Below, piece by piece: positions 1-9,926 of a stretch of 36,000 nucleotides of DNA. Source of the DNA: Chrysochromulina tobinii (taxonomy: Eukaryota); NCBI GenBank assembly GCA_001275005.1, contig JWZX01002822.1, positions 1 through 36,000 on the forward strand, in the 5' to 3' direction. Every line of letters begins with the position of its first letter. Within the stretch, counting starts at the first letter, position 1. The translations under genes were made by a program, and so were the position numbers. Below the pieces are notes generated by a model, which saw nothing but the letters and a program-made list of their open reading frames with translations, ran no database searches and had not been told where the DNA came from.

Positions 1-1473
1 AAACTGCTCAAGGAGGCGAAGCACCTGCCCGCGGCCGAGCACGCGGCGACGCTCGAGCGGCTCAAGCGCGAGGGCAACGAGGCCAAGGAGGCGCAGCAGG
101 CCAAGAAGAGCCTGGATGCGCAGGACACGGTACTGTCGGACGAGGACATGATCGAAGGCATCTTGTTCTCCATTGGAGGACGTGTGCCACGGCCGAACAT
201 GAACGACGTGATTGCGGTGAATAATGGGATTTTGTCTGCGCTGCTCGGATGCAGTGCCGTCTGCCGTGTGTGGCGCATAGCTGCAGCGAGGCCAATACTC
301 GCGGCCGCGCTGGACAAGGTCCTTTCCAGTTACAAGCTCATCATGGACTTCTTTCGCACGAATCGCCTTAAAGAGATGGCAAGGATCGTCATAAAGAGTG
401 GGAAGTTTGTCAAGAAGCCTGCGCCGAACACGCCCGCGCTTGCCGCGAGCGAGAAGGAGCTCGCCTCTTGGCTGGTCAGCGGCTATGAGAGCGGTTGTGG
501 CTCCATTGTTGCCGACGACATTGGCCTCGACAGTGCTGGGCCGTGCGCTCATCTCATCTTGCACTTGTGGCAAAATGGAATTCACGGCCCTTTTGTGATC
601 GTCGCGCCCGAGCCGAGCTGGCCTTCGTGGCAGGAGGCGGTGCTGCAGCTGGTCAAGCTGCGAGTGGGTCTGGTTCGCACCGCCGACGAGCTCGTGTCCA
701 TGTCTCGTGTCCGCCTCATCGAGCCGCGGTCCAGCTCCACACCGAATCTTCTGCTCGTGTCCATGTACCCGGCGGCTGCAGACGACCTGAAGGTGCTGGT
801 GGAAGTGTTCGAGCAACTCAACTCGACGTTCAAGTTGATGATCTTTGACGAGCGGCAGTTCAGACCCCCTGGTCTCAGCTTGCGCCACGTGAACGCCTTC
901 GCGGACAGCGTGAATGGGGTGAGAAAAGACGGCGTGAGAAAAGAAAACGTGATACGGCTGACGAACGAGCATCTGCCTGGCGACGCGAGCGGTGTCATGC
1001 AAACCGTCAGCGACGCTTGCAAAGGTTTTGGCGGGCACGGCTGGCGGGACGAGCTCTTGGCGAATGTTAAACATCAGATGGACAGATTTTGCCAAGGCGA
1101 GCGAGCACAGCTGTTGCGCCAGTGGGCCATGGGTCATGTCGTGTTGCCCATCATGCAGACCCAGCTCTCCGGTGCACTCGTCATGCGTCGAGTCAACCGC
1201 GGTGGCCGACCTCATATTGTCGAGAGGGAGGTGCCGGAGCACATGCTGGTCGACGTCCACAAAGATCGCCACTGGATGGTCAACTCGGAGGTGCGCCTCG
1301 AGGGCCTCAAGTCGAAGCCTGAGTACAATGGTCGGGTGGGCCACGTGCATAGCTACGACGAAGAGGCCGAGCGGCTGCACGTGCTACTGGATGCGAGCGA
1401 GGCGGAGCCCGCGGAATGGGTCAAGGTGAAGGACGAGAACGTGGTTACGATCGCCAACATCAGCAATCGATGA
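1..1473 (+). CDS. 5'-truncated protein: F-box-like motif, degenerate SNF2_N (ATPase lobe 1)-like domain and C-terminal SH3-like beta module
   Basis: Frame is open from base 1 (KLLKEAKHL...) into the 148..1473 ORF. VLSDEDMIEGIL...LLGCSAVCRVWR resembles an F-box. SWLVSGYESGCGSIVADDIGLDSA...HGPFVIVAP...W, LMIFDE, IRLT and MRRV follow SNF2 motif order. Ends in VRLEGLKSKPEYNGRVGHVHSYDEEAERLHVLLD. Confidence 0.7.
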   Translation, partial: KLLKEAKHLPAAEHAATLERLKREGNEAKEAQQAKKSLDAQDTVLSDEDMIEGILFSIGGRVPRPNMNDVIAVNNGILSALLGCSAVCRVWRIAAARPILAAALDKVLSSYKLIMDFFRTNRLKEMARIVIKSGKFVKKPAPNTPALAASEKELASWLVSGYESGCGSIVADDIGLDSAGPCAHLILHLWQNGIHGPFVIVAPEPSWPSWQEAVLQLVKLRVGLVRTADELVSMSRVRLIEPRSSSTPNLLLVSMYPAAADDLKVLVEVFEQLNSTFKLMIFDERQFRPPGLSLRHVNAFADSVNGVRKDGVRKENVIRLTNEHLPGDASGVMQTVSDACKGFGGHGWRDELLANVKHQMDRFCQGERAQLLRQWAMGHVVLPIMQTQLSGALVMRRVNRGGRPHIVEREVPEHMLVDVHKDRHWMVNSEVRLEGLKSKPEYNGRVGHVHSYDEEAERLHVLLDASEAEPAEWVKVKDENVVTIANISNR

Positions 1474-1846
1474 CGGCCGCCTGCAACCGCGGTGCTCTTT
1501 GCAGGTGGGTCCGTGTCGCCGCCGTTAGCTCGGCTTACGGCTAGTCGGCTTTTAAGTCGGCTTTCTGTATAGTACAAGTCTTGCGGCGCTCTTGAGTCGC
1601 TTCACGCTTGTCGTGTGTATTGTGAATGAAATGATAACATCTCATATATCGAACCACGAACAGTTCTAGGGAGATTCGGTCTGAAAAACGTCGTCCTGAC
1701 ACGCGGCGCATACGCGCGCCGGCGCACATCACGGCGCCGGCGCGCGCGGCGCGGACAGGGTGACCGCAGGGCCGAGCCGCTAAGGGAAGCGGGGAACCCA
1801 GCCTCTCTGTGAGTGTTCTCCGAATCTCTCGTCGCTCTGCGGTCTC

Positions 1847-3072
1847 TCAATCTTCTTCCGCCTCCTCTACTTGTTGCCGCTGCTCCTGGTCCTGCTCCGC
1901 AATAGACCTCGCCAGTCCACGCACAACGTCGACGTTGCTCTCCATGATCTCGCGAATGCGTTCGAGGTGTGCCGCCATGCGACTCTCAAGGATCAGATCG
2001 GAAGCCGCGCCCACCAGCGCCGCATCGTCCGCCGCCGAGCCCCCGCCCTCGTCCGCCGCTCCCGAAGCCGCTGTGCGGCCTTCTTCTCGACGTAACGACT
2101 CAAGCCACTGCGCCACTGGCAGCGAGCCGGCCGTCGCCGCACGCGTGCCGCCCGGGGTTGCACCGACCGACTCGAGGCCCCAGAAGCGCGCTGCGCCGGG
2201 CACTCGTGGTGAAGGCGCCGCGACGGCGGGCGTGCGGCCCGGAGCGCCCTCCTGAGCTGCTTGCAGCCGTCCAGCCATTCGCGCCAGAGCGATGCGCGTC
2301 CGCAAGGTTGGGCGTACACCTGCAAGGGCCATCAGCCTCAGAGCCTCGATGGCGGATTCCAAATGGGTGGGAGAGCGGACCGCACTCAGCAGGGCGAGAT
2401 AGGGCGTCTCCACGGACACCAGTGCGGGTGCGGGAGTGCCGTGGAGTGCCCAGGACGACGGCGGCCGCGGCGCCGCCGCGCCCGGCGCGGAGGCGGCCGC
2501 ATCAGGAACGTCGTCGTCCGCCGCCTCGGGCGCATTGCCCGGCGCAACGGCCTGCTCCGCCGCTGGGTCCCGGGCGCCGGGCGGGGCCTTCAAGGCCCGC
2601 AGTGCCGCCTCGAAGTCACCCGACGCTGCATGCATGTGCACCAGCGTGGCGAGCAAGCGCGGGCGCGGCGCGACGTCGACCCTCGCGAGGCGCGAGAGCG
2701 CCAGCTGCTGTGCGTCTGCGGGCTGGCGCAGCCTCGCACGCCATTCAGCTCGCGCGAGGACACGGACGAGCTCATGCTCCTCGGTCGCGGTGCGCCGCGC
2801 TCCGCCTCGCTGCACGCTCGCCGTCAGACCATTCCCCAAAAGCGCCGCCGTCGTCGCTTGTAGGAGCGCGAGGGCGCCGGGTGAGCGCCTGCGCACACCC
2901 TCGCCGCTCTCGTGCAGCAGCCGTCGACAGGAGCGCTCGTCTACTCGGAGCCCCGCCCCCCAGAACGCGTCAAGCAGCGCAACGCACTGGTAGTACTCGC
3001 GCGCCGCCACGCAGCCGAGCAGTAGAGCACGCCGCGCCGCCGGCGGCGGCAACGGCGCCAGTTGCGAAGCTG

Positions 3073-3110
<38 letters not shown>

Positions 3111-4141
3111 GATGCGTGAGCGGCCGGTTTGGCCATCTCCCACTCGCTCGTCCCACCATACTCCTCGATGAACTCTGCCCTCGTGTACGCGTTGCCGTCC
3201 GCCGTGTCGATGCGCCTCTCCACATCGCCGGTCGCCGCCTTCGGCTTCCGCGCGGTTGCCAAATTTGGGTCGCTCGTGACGAAACCAATGGCGCGCATCC
3301 GGAGCGTGACGAGTGCCGCGTCCGCCGTCTGAGCCGCGTGCACACGCGCACGCGCCGCGACGAGCGCATCGTCGCGCAGTGCGCGCTGCGGCGCAAAGGG
3401 CAGCTTCGCCACGAGTGGTTCAACGACCGTCAGAGCTGAAGGAGTGTGCACCAGCCGCAGCAGCGCCCTGACCGTCTGGCCGCTCGGCGTGACCTGGCAG
3501 ATCTCGCAGGTCTTAATGAGAAGCAACGGCAGCCGGTCCAGCTGCCGGCCCGCCGTCGACGCCCAGGCCGCCGGCGCGCACGCCTCGATCAGCGCATCGA
3601 ACGACGCTCGGTTTGGCCGCATGCCGGCGCGCATCTGCTCCTGCAGGATCTTTAGGAGCTGCGCGGGCTCATTCGATGGCTCGCGCCGCGCCGCGGCGAA
3701 GACATGCTGCAACGTGTACGAGCTGGGCGCCACGCGGTCGGCACGCATCCTCTCGAGGATGCCGAGGACGCGCTCCACGCGGCCACCACCCACGCCCGAG
3801 CGAGTGTCGCGAGCAAGCATGCGCGCAGCCTCGTTGTACACGCGCTGCCGACCCGGTAGCGCCCGGCCGCCCAGTTCGTGAGTTGCAGCCCGGTTGAGCA
3901 CCTCGGGGATCAGCGAGATATGGCCAGCCGAGCCAAGCGCTCGCACCGCCGCCGTCAGGACCGAGGTCGTCAGCCACGGCCGTTCCAAAGCGGCGTCGCC
4001 GACGGCGCGATCAATGGCCGCGAGCGCCACGCGACGCTCGAGCATTGGTGTGCACAGCTCTGCCGTCAACCTATCGTGAAGGCGCAGGGGATTGGAGGCG
4101 GTCTTGGTGACGACGCGCACACGGGCCGACGTGGTAGCCAT
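1847..4141 (-). CDS. Pentatricopeptide-repeat (PPR)-like protein, 764 aa
   Basis: Long ORF with PPR-like units: VYNEAARML...LERMRADRVAPSSYTLQHVF, LQEQMRAGMRPNRASFDALIEAC, PYLALLSA...LRLMALAGVRPT. Start codon uncertain. Confidence 0.7.
3076..3110 (-). repeat. (GAGGAC)n hexamer microsatellite encoding poly-Ser in the PPR protein
   Basis: gaggacgaggac... on + strand; SSSSSSSSSSSSS in the minus-strand ORF. Confidence 0.85.
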
Positions 4142-4347
4142 GTGTACGGTACCTCAGGACGTCGGCCCCACGTGGCTCGAAAACGGTATGTGTGAACGTT
4201 AACACGACAGACGCGACAACCGGTGCTACGGTGGAAGTGCCGAACGGGATCCCTGTTTCACTGACTCTCGCTCAAATGCTCAAATGATCTACCTGATCAT
4301 TCACGGCCTATTCATTCATACATCTCGACATAGGCGACCCAACCGCC

Positions 4348-7300
4348 ATGGAAGCGAGACCGCTGCGGGCGTGGGCCGACCCTACTCTTGTTCAGCAGGC
4401 TCCAGCAGCGAACCCACAAGCACACGCCTCCGCAGTGCGTCGGCAGCAGCCGCCGCCGCCGCCGCATACTCTTGTTCATCATCAAATGGTGAACCCGAAT
4501 GAAATTGAACGGAGGGCTGCTGCTGAGCGCTCCCTCTCGCTTCGTGTGACGCAAATGGTGGGCGCCCGTCCAGCGCCAGTGCTAGGCAGCGCCGCGCCCG
4601 ACAGCAGCTGTGGCTATTCACAGCAGCAGATGCCGATGGGCTATCCGCCACCGCCGGGCTATTACCAGCAGGGTCCGGCCGCCGCTGGTCCGCCGTTGCC
4701 GGGCTACTACCCGCAAGGTCCGATCGCTGCCGGCTCAGCCGTGAGGGCCGTGTACAATAATCGGCCGCAGAGCCCGGGGCCATCGGCCCTGAGCCGCTCG
4801 CAGCAGTCCTTGATGGCTCCCGCTGGCGCTCCCGCTGGCGCTCCGATGGGCGCTGAGCATATGTGGCGCTCGAGTTCGGGCGCGTCGATGAGCCACCGCG
4901 ATGCGCTCAACGGCAGTGGGCTTGCGGCGCCGCAGGTGCGCACGGGGCCGGATCCGGACTTTCGGTGGCGTCTCGACCCGGCCGTGGCCGCGGCGAGCAG
5001 CGGCGGCGGCGGCGAGCCACGACCCGGCGGCAGCGCCGAGCAGCGCGCGGAGCGAATGGCCGCTGAGAATGCCGTGCTGCGCGAGGAGCTGCGCCGCATG
5101 CCCGAAGAGCTGCAGCGCTCGTCGCGGCTGGACCAGAAGCGGCTCGAGGGCCAGATCTCTCGGCTGCAGTCCGAGGTCCGTACGCTCCTCGCCGACGTGG
5201 TCGCCGCCAAGGAGGGACTGAAGCAATCCGAGCTGCGCATCGAGGCGGAGTGTGCGGCCGCCGCCACTGTGGCCCACGATGAGGCCTTCGAAGCCGCGAG
5301 GGAGGAGAAGGAGAAGGCGCTCCGGCTCGCCGCGACCCATGCGGCCACGGCGCTCGAGGACGCGCTGTCGCGGGCGAAGGCGGAGCGCGATGCGGCCCTT
5401 GCGGCGGCGGCAACGCGATCGGAGAGAGCGCTCGCAGAGGAGAGGCAGCGCTCGCAGCGCGAGATCGCGGACGCGATCGCGCGAGCGAAGGTGGAGGCGG
5501 CCGAGGCCATGGCGGCGGAGAAGGGCGAGCTGCATGCGCGTCTCGAGAGGGTGGCGCAGGAGGCCGAGGCCATCCGCGACGAGCTTGGTCGCTCCAAGCG
5601 CGCGATGGAGGACACGGTGCAGGCCGAGCGTGCTAAGGCGCAGCACGAGCTGCAGGCGGCGGCGGAGCGTGCGGCGGCGGACCTCGCGGCGGCGGCCGAG
5701 AAGGCGCAGCGTGAGCAGGCGGTGGCTCTCAAGGCGATGGAGGAGAGCTACCTGGCGAACCCCATCATCAAGGAGGTTGAGGTCATCAAGCAGGTCGTCA
5801 AGGTCAAGGAGGTCATCAAGGAGGTCCCTAAGCCCGTGTACGTCGAGGTCGAGAAGGTGGTGTACCGCGAGAAGGGCAAGCCCAAGACGGCGCTGCCTTG
5901 GGAGCAGCCACGGCCCAGGACGGCGCCCTCCGGACTGCCCAGGACGGCGCCATCAGGGGTCGCGGACTCGGTCACCATACCCGCGGCCGAGGCGATCGCT
6001 CTCGATGCCGCGGAGCGTTTGACGTCGCTGAAGCTCGCAGGCGTGCCAATGAGCCCGGGGCAGCGCCCGCCATCGGGGGCGGCGGCCCGCGCGTCGTCGG
6101 CAGGGGGGATAGGGAGGCTTGCCATCCCGCCGGCGGTGCCCGGTACAGCGCTGCCACTCATGCTTACGGGGACGGGGCCGGCGCCGGCGCCCGGTACAGC
6201 GCTGTCCACGCAGCCATCTGTCGAGTACATCATGCCGCCGGCACCGCAGCCCTCCGAGGCGGGCCCGTTGCCGCCGCAGCCGTTGCCGCCGCAGCCCGCG
6301 CCGCCGCTGCTCCCTGTGGATGAGGAGGCGCTTCTGGCGGCCATGCGGCTGTTGACGAAGCTCGAGCAGCAGGCGGCGGAGGCGGCGAGGGGACCCATCT
6401 TACCGTCGCCACGACGCTCGCAGCCCTCGGCGGACTGTAATCAGCTGATGGGGCCGAGCGCGCTCATGCCCAAGACGGCGCCGAAGGAGCCCGAGGGGCG
6501 CGCCCAGGACGGCGGGGGTGCCCAGGACGGCGTCTTTGTGACGCAGGCTTGCGCCGACAGCATCAACTTCGAGGGCGGTGCCACGGCCGCGCTCGGCATC
6601 GGCGCGCCCTTTTTGGCGGCGCTCGAGACATTCTATATGCAGCACGGTGTTGCAGGTGAGACGACGATGGCGGAGCTATGCGGCGGCGGTGAGCGCATGC
6701 CGCTGAGCGCGACGGTGCAGCAGCTCACCGCGCACACGGGCACTTCTCTCGCGCGCGCGTGCTTCGATCTCGCGCGTCTCGAGCAGGTAATGGCCACTGA
6801 TGACCCCTGATGAGCACTGACCGCCTACGAGTGCCAATGAGCTGAGTGCCTCTGAGTGTCACTGATTGCCTCTGAGTGCCACTGATTGTGGCACTCGCGC
6901 TGTTTGTTCGAGCAGGTGGACACGTCGAGGCTGTTTGGCAGACCGACGCTCCTCCTCAGCTACCCGTCCTCCTCATGCATCGCCGACCTCATCGGCGCTG
7001 CGCAGAGTAGGCTTGGGCGCGCCGCGAGCGCCGCCGCGAGCGCGCCGCCGGCGGCGTTCGCGTGGGTGGACGGTTTCTGCGCCTCTCAGCATGCATCGGC
7101 CGCGGAACTCCATGCGCAGGTAATGAGCCCTGATGAGCCCTGATGAGTATTGACGAGTATTGATGAATACGGATTGCCTATGATTACCCCTGATTGCCAC
7201 TGATTGCCACTGACGTGGAGCTCCATGTGCTGATTGCCACTGATTACCCCTGATTGCCACTCATTGCCAGTGACGTGGAGCTCCATGTGCTGATTGCCAC

Positions 7301-9525
7301 TGATTACCCCTGATTGCCACTGACTGCCAGTGACGTGGAGCTCCATGTGCAGCGGCCCGCGTGCAAGGAGGTGGTGCTCTTCTGCTACCCGCTCGTAGGC
7401 GCATGGGCCCGCCCGGACGAGCCGTTCATGTTGACCAAGCCCGCCACGCCACGTGGCGTCAGCCCGCCGCGCCACGCCCAGGCTACGTCGGGCCTCGGCG
7501 CGAGCAGCGGTGGGGTGGAGGGCGCTGCCATTATGGGCGCCGGTACGGCGCTCAACGGCTCGACGCAGCGCTCGGCCGAAGGGCCGATGGCGCTGAGCCG
7601 CGCTCAGTGCGTGCTCGAGGCGGCGGCGGTGCTCGCCTCGGGCGGCCGTGTGCACGTCGAGCTTGCGACGCATGAGTGGTCGGACCTGCCCGCTCTGCTC
7701 GAGACGTCGCTGGGTCAACTCGATCAGAGCATCCGAAGCGCGAGCGTCGATGGACTCCAGCTGCCCTCCTCCGCCTCTGCAGGCGCGATGCGAGCCCGGT
7801 TCGAGGCGCTCGAGGGGGGCGCTCCAGGCGCGCTTGCCGCTGATGAGCCCTGATTGCCTTTATTGAGTACCACTGATTGCCACTGGTTGCCACTGGTTGC
7901 CACTGATGGTGGCGCTCGCGCTTCTCGCTCCAGGCGCGCTTGCCGCTGTGCAGAGGGCTGTGCGCGGATGGCTCGCAGCTGAGGGTGCGGCGGCGCTGCG
8001 TCGGCTCGAGGTAGAGCGTGGGCCGCGCACGCCGCTGCCACTCCGACTCGAGCTCGCGCAGGTGTGCTGATGACCTCTGATGACCTCTGATGACCTCTGA
8101 TGACCTCTGATGACCTCTGATGACCTCTGATGATCTCTTGTGCAGTTGCTCGCGGCGCTTGGGCGACCCGCGGAGGCAGAGGCACTCCTCGTGCATGAGG
8201 CGACGGTGCGAGAGGAGCACTCCGGCGCTCGGAACGCCGAGACGCTCGCTGCGGTCAGCTGTCTCGCGAGGCTGCTTGCCCAGGAAGGGAGGACTGCCGA
8301 GGCGACGCAGCTCTACCGGCACGCCCTCGCCGAGTACGAGCAAGGCTTTGGAGTGTCGTCACCCCTCACTCTCCGTACGAGCGTCGCCCTCGCCGAGCTG
8401 CTCGCCGATCAACGGCTCACCGACGAGGCTGCGTCGCTGTACCGCGGCGCACTCAAGGGGCTCGAGCTCACGCTGGGCCTCGCGCACCCGCTCACGCTGC
8501 AGACGACCGATGCGTACGGGATGGTGCTCGCGGAGCAAGGCAAGCGCGCGCTCGCCGCGTCCGTCTTCAAGCGTGCGCTCGAAGGCTACCAGAAGGCCTA
8601 CGGCGCACGCCACCCGGAGACCCTCGGTACCATGAGCAACCTGGCCAACGCGCTGCGCCTTCAAGGGAAGCTCGAGCCGGCGGCGCTCTACTACGCGCAG
8701 GCGAGCCGTGGGTTGATGCTCGCGCTCGGGGAGACTGATCGAGAGACGCTACGGGCACTCCATGGGTTCGCGCAGGTGCTCGCCCTGCAGAAGAAGCACG
8801 ACGAGGCCGCTGAGTACTTCCGGAAGGCTTATGAGGGGCGCCAGGCGCTGCTAGGGGATGAGCACGTGAGTACGCTGCGCACGCTCGGAGAGTACGCGCA
8901 GTCTCTGGTCGTGCTCGGGCGTGTAGCTGAGGGGATCGAGGGGCTTCAGCGCTGCCTGCATGGCGCCGAGCGCGTGCACGGCCCTCAGCACGAGGACACC
9001 CTCAACGCCATGGAGCGCCTCGCCGGTGCGCACGACAAGGCCAAGGAGTACGTGAGCGCCGAAGGCTACTACCGGCACGTGACCGAGGCGCTGGCGCGCA
9101 CTCTGGGCGTACGGCATGAGCGCACCCGACACGTGGCCGCGAAGCTCCTCGACAACCTTGTGCAGCAAGTCAAGCTTGTCGAGGCGCAGGACGTGGCCAA
9201 GCATTACAAGCTCGATCTCGCGCTGAAGCAGCCCAAGCGCACGCCGCCCGCATCGTACAGCGCCCTGAGCGCTCAGGACGGCGCGGGAGCAGCCCCGGTG
9301 CGCCCCGCAAACGGCGCTGTGGTCAACGGAATGGGAGGGCCGCCCCTCGTGCCGCGCAAACCCACCGTCGAAGCTGTCGTCACGCAACGGGCCATGGCGG
9401 CCGCTTCGGCCGCTTCGGCCGCTTCGGCCGAGCCAGCTGCGAGCTTGCCCGCGCCCGCGCCCGCCTTGTCACCGTGGGGCACGACCGACGCACCGCCGAG
9501 TTCGCCGAACGCTGCCGGCCGATGA
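4348..9525 (+). CDS. ~1541-aa protein: Pro/Gln-rich N-terminus, long coiled coil, HET/TIR-like domain, kinesin-light-chain-type TPR repeats; exons 4348-6786, 6916-7119, 7353-7827, 7934-8061, 8146-9525
   Basis: Four introns (three GT-AG, one GC-AG) join ORFs 4348..6810, 6886..7143, 7314..7853, an unlisted short exon and 8140..9525 without frameshift or stop. TPR_10/12-type repeats such as YGARHPETLGTMSNLANALRLQGKLEPAALYY. Confidence 0.82.
6787..6915 (+). other. Intron 1 of TPR gene (129 nt, GT-AG, phase 0), decamer-repeat type
   Basis: CAG|GTAATG...TTCGAGCAG|GTG; filled with TGATGACCCC/TGAGTGCCTC-like units; TCGAGCAGGT repeated at both boundaries. Confidence 0.85.
7120..7352 (+). other. Intron 2 of TPR gene (233 nt, GT-AG, phase 0), decamer-repeat type with 60-bp higher-order repeat
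   Basis: CAG|GTAATG...ATGTGCAG|CGG; strict 10-nt register; frame preserved into ORF 7314..7853. Confidence 0.85.
7181..7350 (+). repeat. ~2.8 copies of a 60-bp unit (four TGATTGCCAC-like decamers + TGACGTGGAGCTCCATGTGC)
   Basis: Units at 7181-7240, 7241-7300 and 7301-7350, read directly. Confidence 0.9.
7828..7933 (+). other. Intron 3 of TPR gene (106 nt, GC-AG, phase 1), decamer-repeat type
   Basis: CCAG|GCGCGC...CTTCTCGCTCCAG|GCGCGC; removal gives continuous GAPGALAAVQRAVRGWL. Confidence 0.8.
8062..8145 (+). other. Intron 4 of TPR gene (84 nt, GT-AG, phase 0) containing (TGATGACCTC)6
   Basis: GCAG|GTGTGC, six perfect decamers 8068-8127 plus one variant, then TTGTGCAG|TTG. Confidence 0.85.
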
Positions 9526-9926
9526 GAGTAACATGAGAGCATAGAGCATGCACTGATGTGTGCAGCGGCATCCGTGTTGAGATGACAGGCATCAGACCGT
9601 AACGAGTGTTGGCCACGGCCCCTCGTATCCGGGATCTAGTCGTCAGGTTGGCGGCCGACGCCGCGGGGCCGCGCGTGATACATATGCGCGCGGCGGTTCG
9701 CGGGGCGCGGGCGGGGTCGGGGTCGTCGCACGTCGGCGTCGCCGCGCCGGGCCGATGTGACTTGTGTGCGAATTTGTGGTGATGGAACCTACTTTAACTG
9801 GATTCGAATCCACTTGGCGGGATCCCCTACACACGACTTCACCACTCAGACGTTCGTGCGGGTCTTCGACGTCGACCGGCGCGGTATTCGCACGTTGCCG
9901 GCACATGCCTCGGCTGGCCTCGGGTT

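Noticed and set aside
7181..7350. Repeat/spacer-like pattern as a CRISPR array
   Set aside because: The 'spacers' are identical copies of the adjacent exon end, the context is a eukaryotic intron, and there are no cas genes.
7086..8343. Minus-strand ORFs with GNQWQS / SSEVIRGHQR peptides
   Set aside because: These are antisense translations of the intron decamers, which lack stops on that strand.
6886..9525. ORFs 6886..7143, 7314..7853 and 8140..9525 as separate genes
   Set aside because: They start at non-ATG codons inside repeat introns and splice in frame into one gene.
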